A stretch of 63,131 nt of DNA, filler included, from an uncultured Myxococcia bacterium (GTDB lineage Bacteria; CAZTWC01): the NCBI GenBank assembly GCA_964617105.1. It is 3 parts of 3 records of this genome, joined end to end, with 100 filler letters (N's around TTAATTAATTAA, not from the genome) between each part and the next. Parts side by side here need not be neighbours in the genome. Positions count along the whole stretch, not along the records: positions 1 to 21,669 come from CAZTWC010000030.1; 2 more parts are not named here. One strand, written 5' to 3'. Position numbers and translations under genes: made by a program. Below are positions 1 through 7,292 of this stretch, piece after piece. The notes under the pieces were generated by a model, which did no database searches, was not told the DNA's origin, and saw nothing but the letters and a program-made list of their open reading frames with translations. The stretch's first letter is position 1, and each line of letters opens with the position of its first letter.

Positions 1-18
1 GTGAATTTTCTCTTTCAT
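1..18 (-). CDS. rpmE: 50S ribosomal protein L31, 5' end only (runs off window)
   Basis: Minus strand ATG AAA GAG AAA ATT CAC = MKEKIH, the typical L31 N-terminus; GGAGGT RBS upstream; canonical rho-rpmE order. Confidence 0.8.
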
Positions 19-108
19 TATAATCTACCTCCGACTCAATAAAATATTCAGAGAAGTATTTTTATAGCATTTTTAACCGGTATGGTCAAGCCCAAGACCA
101 GCCAATCT

Positions 109-1409
109 TTATGAATTCATCATCGCGAAAAATTCATCGGAATTTTCGGTTTTACTGACCTTATCGAGCAAAAATTCTATTGAATCGATAACGTTCAATG
201 GATGAAGTATCTGGCGCAATACCCAAATCTTATGCAGTCTATCCTTATCCATCAATAAGTCTTCGCGCCGGGTGCCAGATTTGTTGATATCCAGGCATGG
301 ATAGATCCTCTTTTCCATTAGTTTTCTATCCAAATGCAACTCCGAGTTTCCAGTGCCTTTGAACTCCTCAAAGATAACTTCGTCCATGCGGCTGCCAGTA
401 TCTATCAAAGCTGTAGCAATAATAGTAAGGCTGCCTCCCTCTTCCACGTTACGGGCGGCGCCGAAAAACCTCTTGGGTTTGTGAAGGGCATTGGAATCGA
501 CACCACCAGACAATATTTTACCTGATGGCGGAACCACAGTATTGTAAGCCCGGGCCAACCTGGTGATGGAATCGAGCAGAATTACCACATCTCTTTTGTG
601 CTCAACCAGTCTTTTGGCTTTTTCCAAAACGATCTCTGCCACCTGGACATGACGTTGAGCCGGTTCGTCAAAAGTTGAAGAAATCACCTCCGCCTTAACG
701 GAACGCTGCATCATAGTCACTTCTTCCGGCCGTTCATCTATCAGCAGTACAATGGTAAAAATTTCTTTGTGATTGGCGGTGATAGCATTGGCAATATTTT
801 GCAGCAAAACTGTTTTTCCAGTACGGGGCGGCGCCACAATTAAAGCCCTCTGTCCCTTGCCCAGGGGCACCAAAAGATCAATAATACGGGTTGAGTAATT
901 TTTGGAAGTATATTCCAACAACAATTTATCCTCTGGAAAAAGCGGCGTAAGGCTATCGAAAAATATCTTTTCTCTGGATTTTTCAGGATTCTCAAAGTTT
1001 ACTGTCTCTACCTTTAAAAGGGCAAAGTATCTCTCCCCTTCCTTGGGTTGGCGGATTTGGCCAGAAACGGTATCGCCGGTGCGTAAATTAAAACGCCTTA
1101 TCTGGGATGGAGAAACGTAGATATCGTCGGGGCCAGGAAGATAGTTGTAGTCTGGTGCACGCAAAAAACCAAATCCATCGGGCAAGATCTCCAGAACTCC
1201 TTCATCATAAATGACTCCATTTTTGCGGTTTGAGCCTGCAATACTGCCAAAATTAACTCTTGCTTCCGCATGCCACTGGGACTATCTACTCCCAAATCTT
1301 TGGCAAGAACAGCTAATTCTGCCGCTTTTCTGTCTTTCAACTCTTTTAAGTTCAAACGATTGACATCTGAACGAAAATTCCGTTGGCTGTCATAAGTTCT
1401 GTCATTCAT
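109..1409 (-). CDS. rho: Transcription termination factor Rho (split by a frameshift at ~1220-1224)
   Basis: N-terminal ORF (LNLKELK...MRKQELI...QAQTAK) plus ORF 109-1185 ([15 protein letters not shown] Walker [16 protein letters not shown]). Adding one A restores [29 protein letters not shown] before ATG at 1409. Confidence 0.95.
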
Positions 1410-1678
1410 CGACACGGACCTCACTCTCTATAGGTTTGTAAAATAAATATGGAATGTATTTAAGAGATTCAATGAACATTTCTAGATTATAAATAATATA
1501 CCGTTAACCTTATTGGCATCTGTCTGAAGGATTCAACGCCAGTGAATTTTAAGAGTCCTGACAAATGTAGGTAAATCACATAATTTGATCGAATTTAAAA
1601 ATGATTTTTTAACCCGTAATGACTGTGATTTTGTAATAGGGAATTTACCAGGAACAGAAAGGTTGTAAATTTCGATTG

Positions 1679-1706
1679 ATTATATTGTGTTTTCTGTGGT
1701 TGTCAA
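1679..1706 (-). promoter_or_regulatory. sigma70-type promoter of rho
   Basis: Perfect TTGACA (1701-1706)-N16-TATAAT (1679-1684) on the minus strand, ~265 nt upstream of the rho ATG. Confidence 0.8.
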
Positions 1707-1768
1707 GTATTTTTTTCTATTAGGGATTTTCAACTACATATTTTTCAATTTACCACCTCAATACCTCT

Positions 1769-1788
1769 CAGGCTTTTACAGGCTTTTA
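1769..1788. repeat. 10-bp direct repeat CAGGCTTTTA x2 between the divergent rho and murG promoters
   Basis: Seen directly; possible regulator binding site. Confidence 0.5.
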
Positions 1789-1814
1789 TAAGTGTTCATC
1801 CTGAAATCATTTTT

Positions 1815-1842
1815 TTGACTTTATAGCTACTGGAGTTATGTT
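1815..1842 (+). promoter_or_regulatory. Putative sigma70 promoter of murG-mraY
   Basis: TTGACT-N16-TATGTT upstream of GGAGG RBS and ATG 1886. Confidence 0.5.
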
Positions 1843-1885
1843 TAAATAATTGGAAAAAATCAAGGCCTTTTGGGGAGGATTTTTA

Positions 1886-3907
1886 ATGACAGGAGAAAAG
1901 TTAAAAGTGGTTTTGACTGGCGGCGGCACTGGCGGCCATGTTTATCCATCTCTGGCTATTTCTAACATTCTGGAACAAAAAAAGATGGTGCAGGATATCC
2001 TTTATCTGGGTGCCAGAGGTAAGGCAGAAGAAAAAATTGTTCCCCGTCATAATATCAATATCTCCTATGTTCGCACCGCACCGGTGGCAGGACTTTCCCC
2101 CATTAATAAACTTCGCTCTTTAGCCATCATTGCCATCGGAGTGATACAAGCGATAAAAAAACTTATTGCCTTCAAACCCCAATTGATAATTGGAACTGGT
2201 GGATATGCGTCAGCACCAATAATTTTTGCGGCATTTATACTAAAGCCATTTTTAAAGTTAAAAATAATCCTGGAAGAACAAAATCTCATGCCCGGCTTAC
2301 TAAACAAAGCCGCTTCACTTTTGGCTGATGTGGTACTGCTCAATTACCGGGAGAGTAACTATTTTGTTTGGAGCAGCAGATGTATTCAAGTGGGATACCC
2401 GGTTCGCAAAGCCTATGGTCAGTCCTCTGAGTCCAAAAACCAACTGAAAGTTAAATTGGGGATACCAGAACATAAGAAATTAGTGCTGGTTCAGGGCGGT
2501 TCTCTGGGTTCAAGAAGCATAAACCGCGCTTTGGCTGGAATCATCAAGCACCTGTCTGCCAATGATAACATCTATATTGTTCACAGCATTGGACTGGCTG
2601 AAAACGATAGTTATCATGCCCTCCAGGATACTCGAAATAAAATGACTGGTAGTCTTGGAAATTCTTTTAATCCGGAAAAATTTGAAGCCTATAATCAGCA
2701 GGGAGAAATTTTTTATCGCGGTTTCCAATATATCCACAACATCTTCCAATGGCAAAAAGCGGCAGATTTGATTATAAGCCGGGCTGGAGCTGGCTCTTTG
2801 GCTGAGATAAACGCTTTGGGCAAAGCTGCATTAGTGGTTCCCAAAAAAGGGTTGCCCGGTGACCATCAAGAACTTAATGCCATAAGCATTGCCGAAAAAA
2901 ATGCCTGCCAGGTGATTTTTGAAAAAACTGACCCGGATACCAAAATAGATATCCTGGATAAAAAAGAGTTCTTCTCCTCCATAACCGACTTGATTAGTAA
3001 CCCTCAGCGTTTAAACGAATTGGCCAAAAACTCGGCTGATAATTTTCACCACAGTTATGTGGATGATATCTTCAATGCCGTGCAAAAAACCATCAAAGGA
3101 GAAGAACATGATTACCTGCTTCAAATCGATCCTCCCCAATTTGTCAAACTACAGTTTCAATTTGACAACCTGATAGCCTACCTGGATAACCTGTATAACC
3201 GCAATTCACCGGCAGAGGTTGAACAGAACCTCTATTACAGATTTTATAACCACAAAATCCCTGAATACCTGGAGAGCACTAAATATTTGATCCAGAATAA
3301 AGGTATCAAACTGGTAGGCACCTTGAAAAGGTATGATTATTATCCCTATCTCCTGGAAAACTTTTGTGATTATCAAGGATACCTGCGGCGTAATATCCTG
3401 ATTGGTTTCAAAAAAGCGGATAAATTCTATCCACTGTTTAAAGAGGCGGTAATTAAAGGATTATCTGACCCCTATTATGAAACACGCCGGGAAGCCATCT
3501 CCCTTTTTATCCGTTTTCATACTCACTTGAAAAATGAAGACCAAATCAATAACTCCATTCTCCAAATGCTGCCCAAAAAACTTGAGAGTTTTGAAGTTAT
3601 ATCCCAGGCCATTAAAGCCGCTGTTTTGATTTTACCGGAGATAGAATTTGTTAAAATTGCCTCACCCTTTTGTCAGGATAGAAATTTAAAGTTACGTCAG
3701 GCGTTACTAGACGCCGTTAAGTTGGGAATCAACCACAACAGGTTCTCAAATAGTCATAATATTTTTATCTTGTTAAACCGAATGTTGATCAGCACCTCTG
3801 AATTTTTACCAAAATTTAAAATAAAGGAAAATTTCAACCAGGTGATTAACAGCCTTAACCAAACCGGAGAAACAAACCAGGTTTCAGGATCAGCACTAAG
3901 GAAATAA
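1886..3907 (+). CDS. murG: MurG-family glycosyltransferase with ~270-aa C-terminal helical (HEAT-like) extension
   Basis: TGGGTGGHVYP, GTGGYAS, EQN, GGSLGS, SRAGAGS and HQELNA motifs; start placed at ATG 1886 after GGAGG. Confidence 0.88.
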   Translation: MTGEKLKVVLTGGGTGGHVYPSLAISNILEQKKMVQDILYLGARGKAEEKIVPRHNINISYVRTAPVAGLSPINKLRSLAIIAIGVIQAIKKLIAFKPQLIIGTGGYASAPIIFAAFILKPFLKLKIILEEQNLMPGLLNKAASLLADVVLLNYRESNYFVWSSRCIQVGYPVRKAYGQSSESKNQLKVKLGIPEHKKLVLVQGGSLGSRSINRALAGIIKHLSANDNIYIVHSIGLAENDSYHALQDTRNKMTGSLGNSFNPEKFEAYNQQGEIFYRGFQYIHNIFQWQKAADLIISRAGAGSLAEINALGKAALVVPKKGLPGDHQELNAISIAEKNACQVIFEKTDPDTKIDILDKKEFFSSITDLISNPQRLNELAKNSADNFHHSYVDDIFNAVQKTIKGEEHDYLLQIDPPQFVKLQFQFDNLIAYLDNLYNRNSPAEVEQNLYYRFYNHKIPEYLESTKYLIQNKGIKLVGTLKRYDYYPYLLENFCDYQGYLRRNILIGFKKADKFYPLFKEAVIKGLSDPYYETRREAISLFIRFHTHLKNEDQINNSILQMLPKKLESFEVISQAIKAAVLILPEIEFVKIASPFCQDRNLKLRQALLDAVKLGINHNRFSNSHNIFILLNRMLISTSEFLPKFKIKENFNQVINSLNQTGETNQVSGSALRK

Positions 3908-3920
3908 CTAATAATCCATA

Positions 3921-3956
3921 CACCGTAAAAAACACAGTAAAAAACACAGTAAAAAA
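3921..3956. repeat. 12-bp tandem repeat CAC(C/A)GTAAAAAA x3 in the murG-mraY spacer
   Basis: caccgtaaaaaa cacagtaaaaaa cacagtaaaaaa. Confidence 0.85.
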
Positions 3957-3972
3957 TTCGAGGTATCTATTT

Positions 3973-5085
3973 ATGATAAAATGGTTAATCGAAGCCCTCC
4001 AAGCAGGCGGCATTGATCCCGGATTTTTCCGGCTCATAGATTACATAACTTTTCGCGCCATGATGGTAGCGCTGACAGCCCTGGCCTTTAACCTTATTTG
4101 GGGACATAAAATAATCTGTTATTTGCATAACCATGGGATGAAAGATTCCTCCGGAGACTTCCAGGCGCTCAATGTTCACTCAAAACGAGGCACGCCCACT
4201 GCCGGAGGTATAATGATAATGGCAGCCACCATTTTTTCCTTGCTCTTATGGGCCGATCTCAGCAATCTAATTCTTTTGATACTGCTCAGTTCCATCATCT
4301 ATTTTGGTCTGGTTGGTTTTTTTGATGATTTTCTCAAAAGCCGGTATAAATCCTCACTTACCGGACTTAGTCAAATCGGTAAAACTTCACTGATTTTACT
4401 TTATATTGTTCCCTTTGCCCTCTTTTTTGTATCTTCTTATAATCCGTTGCCGGAAGAGATTAAAACCTCTATCTATTTACCCTTTCTTAGCGACTCGGTG
4501 CTCGACCTGGGGCCAATATTGTTTGTTCTGTTTATTATTTTTACCATGTTTGCCATTATCAATGCAGTTAACATCTCCGACGGGATGGATGGACTATTAG
4601 GCGGACTATCATTTATCTCAGTATCAGTTTACGCTTTATTTGCCTATATCATTGGCAGCGAAATCCTGGCTAAACATTTTCTTTTTCCCCATATACCCGG
4701 GAGCATAGAAATAACGGTATTCGGGGCGGCTTTGGTGGGAAGTATTTTGGGATTTTTGTGGTATAATTTTTATCCAGCCGAAGTTTTTATGGGTGACACT
4801 GGTTCACTAGCACTGGGTAGTTCCCTGGGGTTAATGAGTTTTTTCTTAAAGCAGGAATTTCTTTTCTTAATAGTCGGTGGTATTTTTGTGCTGGAGATAT
4901 TTACCTCTCTTTTGAACGACAAATTAGCCAACCGATCTAGTTTCGGACGGCGTATCGTACATCGAGCACCCTTTCATTATACAATCACTCATCGGGGAGT
5001 GGCTGAGCCCAAAGCAGTATTCAGGTTACTGGCCGCAGCCATCATTCTGGCCCTGATATCACTTCTCTCAATTAAAATCCGGTAA
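3973..5085 (+). CDS. mraY: Phospho-N-acetylmuramoyl-pentapeptide transferase (MraY), HHH motif altered
   Basis: YITFRA, KRGTPTAGG, GFFDD, NAVNISDGMDGL and PAEVFMGDTGSLALG motifs; multiple TM helices. Confidence 0.9.
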   Translation: MIKWLIEALQAGGIDPGFFRLIDYITFRAMMVALTALAFNLIWGHKIICYLHNHGMKDSSGDFQALNVHSKRGTPTAGGIMIMAATIFSLLLWADLSNLILLILLSSIIYFGLVGFFDDFLKSRYKSSLTGLSQIGKTSLILLYIVPFALFFVSSYNPLPEEIKTSIYLPFLSDSVLDLGPILFVLFIIFTMFAIINAVNISDGMDGLLGGLSFISVSVYALFAYIIGSEILAKHFLFPHIPGSIEITVFGAALVGSILGFLWYNFYPAEVFMGDTGSLALGSSLGLMSFFLKQEFLFLIVGGIFVLEIFTSLLNDKLANRSSFGRRIVHRAPFHYTITHRGVAEPKAVFRLLAAAIILALISLLSIKIR

Positions 5086-5093
5086 AAAAAGGC

Positions 5094-5122
5094 AAAAAAA
5101 AACCTCCCAATAAATTGGAAGG
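5094..5122 (-). terminator. Intrinsic terminator closing the minus-strand non-coding transcript
   Basis: Minus strand CCTTCCAA-TTTA-TTGGGAGG followed by T9; includes a U-G pair valid only on the minus strand. Confidence 0.8.
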
Positions 5123-6218
5123 CCCTTTGAATTCGAAAAATAGATGATCAAATTACAAAATTTGGAGCTTTAACGTTTTCCCAACCAAATGGCTTCGTCT
5201 GGTATTAACTATACAATCGCACAATTAAACCTGACAGAGTCTCTCTTACGGTTTCTTGAACTTTTAGAGTTTTCAAAATTGCATCTAGTCAGTTACCTGA
5301 CATCTGCCCTAACGTTTCTACGTCTCCGCAGTTTTCGATTCAATTTCTATTTCGTCTTATCTTTAATAAAAAAGTTAAAACGAAAACCTCTTGTAGCCTT
5401 TCGCGCCGTTTCAGAGATTTTTACCTCCGATTGTTTTCCTAGCTTCTGATTATTTATCTCCGATTCCTCTTTGGCAATCTCTTGCCGCCATGAAATCGAA
5501 AGCCTTGTCAACAAAAACCTAACGGTTATTATTAACATCCCTGTCGGGCGAAATTCTTTAAGATAATCCCCTAAAGGTTTACCTTAAACTTCCCAGGCCT
5601 GTCGCCAGATTACGCTAACCCTTCTTGTGGGTCCATGATGGTTTCCCCTTCAGACAACGTTTCAGGCAGTAGCTCTCGATACTGCTTTCGAAACCTCTAT
5701 TTGCTTTTCCAGCAACCTTAGGCTGTTCTCTCTGAAGTCCTTTGGCATACAACCTTGTCTCTCGACTCAGTCTTAAGCCTAGTGCCATCTTCGACCTTTG
5801 CCCCTGGAGTTTTCCCTCTAGCAAACATTTTGAATCAGTTTCCCGACTCTGCCGCTCATGCCGTTTTGCACGGTTGCAACGGTTTACCTTCTACTAGATC
5901 CTTTGCTTACAGACCTGACAACCAACCAAGGTTAATCGTCAAACTGCATAGGCCAGTTCCTCCTTCGACTGTTGAGGGCTTTCATGGTTTTAATCCAAAA
6001 GTCAATCTTACTCTGCTTCCAGAGTGTACCTTCCTGCTCTTCACCTTGCTGTGATTTAACACCGCGCTAGTGGGACCTTCAAGGTTTTGTTCCTGACTCC
6101 CAGACAGATTCGGTTTTGCAACCTCCTCTTGACCATCCTAACCTTCTGGAGCATACTGTCTATCACTGTTAGGCGATACACAATTTAGCCCACTTTGATT
6201 TCGACCATCTGCGAAAGC
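5094..6218 (-). ncRNA. Candidate large (~1.1 kb) highly structured non-coding RNA of unknown family
   Basis: No credible ORF. Minus-strand hairpins with GNRA/GNRAA loops at 5288-5301, 5318-5331, 5473-5486, 5666-5685, 5701-5715, 5757-5766, 5861-5873 and 6112-6123. Long stems with U-G pairs at 5350-5385 and 5506-5537. Promoter upstream and terminator downstream. Confidence 0.72.
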
Positions 6219-6224
6219 AATTAA

Positions 6225-6253
6225 ACACTCTCATAATCATTATTTTCTGTCAA
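6225..6253 (-). promoter_or_regulatory. sigma70-type promoter for the candidate ncRNA
   Basis: TTGACA (6248-6253)-N17-GAGTGT (6225-6230) with extended -10 TG. The -10 keeps the A-11 and T-7 positions but is otherwise non-consensus. AT-rich UP-like tract upstream. Confidence 0.6.
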
Positions 6254-6488
6254 GCCCTTTTTCAATAAAATTTATTTTTATTATAACTATCGTATATTAT
6301 TGGAAATATACTGCACTTTTTCGCTTAAAATATGATGACTCAATATTTTTTTTACAACAATTGTATTCTTATAAGATTAAAAACGGAACTACTTTATTAA
6401 TATTTATCTCCTGGTTGCACCAACACCCTGGTTGTGTTAATGATATTTATTGTTCTGTTTCATTAATAATATCTTCATAATTTGTCTT

Positions 6489-7277
6489 ATGAGAAATTTT
6501 TTAGATAAAGTTGTCCTGATAACTGGCGCCTCTTCCGGAATCGGTTCTGCTTTGGCCAAAGATTTTGCCCGGCAAGGTGCCAAACTGGTTTTAACCGCCC
6601 GCCGGCTCGATCGACTTAAAGCCCTGGCTCTTGAACTAGGTGAAGAGAGAACCCTGTCTATTCCATGCGATGTTACTTCTGATACTGATCTACAGACCGT
6701 TGTTGCCGAAGTAAAGAAAAAGTGGGGCAAAATCGATGTGGTAATTGCCAATGCCGGCTTTGGCATTCAAGGTAATCTTGAAAAACTCGCTCTGGAAGAT
6801 TATCGTCGCCAGATGGAAACCAATGTTTTTGGCCTATTACGTACTGTTTATGCTACTCTGGATGAATTAAAAAAGAACCGGGGACGCTTGGCCATCATGG
6901 GCAGTGTGGCCGGTTATATCAGCACACCAGGGGCATCCGCCTATGCCATGAGTAAATTTTGCCTCTGCGCCCTCAGCCAGTCATTGTGGGTAGAACTGGC
7001 TGATTACGGAATCGCGGTAACCCTAATAAATCCCGGTTATGTTGCTTCAGAGATCAGGCATAAGAATAACCGGGAAAAATTATATCTCTCGAGTAAAGAC
7101 CCGGTGCCGCCCTGGCTGGTGATGCCAACTGATAAAGCCTCAAAACAGATGATTAAAGCCATATATAAAAGGAAAAAAGAGATTACAATCACCAATCACG
7201 GAAAAATTTTGGTTTGGCTGCAACGCCATTTCCCCGGGCTGATGCGATATTTTATCAGCAAATTCAACCGGGAGTAA
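6489..7277 (+). CDS. SDR family NAD(P)-dependent oxidoreductase
   Basis: TGASSGIG, NAG and YAMSK (YxxxK) motifs; ATG at 6489. Confidence 0.92.
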   Translation: MRNFLDKVVLITGASSGIGSALAKDFARQGAKLVLTARRLDRLKALALELGEERTLSIPCDVTSDTDLQTVVAEVKKKWGKIDVVIANAGFGIQGNLEKLALEDYRRQMETNVFGLLRTVYATLDELKKNRGRLAIMGSVAGYISTPGASAYAMSKFCLCALSQSLWVELADYGIAVTLINPGYVASEIRHKNNREKLYLSSKDPVPPWLVMPTDKASKQMIKAIYKRKKEITITNHGKILVWLQRHFPGLMRYFISKFNRE

Positions 7278-7292
7278 GAGGTACACAAATAT

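Noticed and set aside
1098-1424. Independent 108-aa gene or programmed -1 frameshift
   Set aside because: It is the Rho N-terminal domain; there is no X-XXY-YYZ slippery heptamer, and a homopolymer error is more parsimonious.
3921-3956. CRISPR array
   Set aside because: 12-bp units with no spacers and no cas genes.
5189-6054. Short ORFs 5189-5449, 5347-5538, 5615-5824 and 5755-6054 as proteins
   Set aside because: No motifs or clear RBS, mutually overlapping on both strands, atypical composition; better explained by a structured RNA.
5094-6218. RNase P RNA, tmRNA, SRP, rRNA fragment or group II intron
   Set aside because: No GAGGAAAGUCC P4 motif, no tRNA-like ends, no SRP GGAAGG-AGCAG loop, no recognisable rRNA motifs and no domain V AGC helix, and it does not interrupt a gene. 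Judged by eye only; an Rfam search is still needed.
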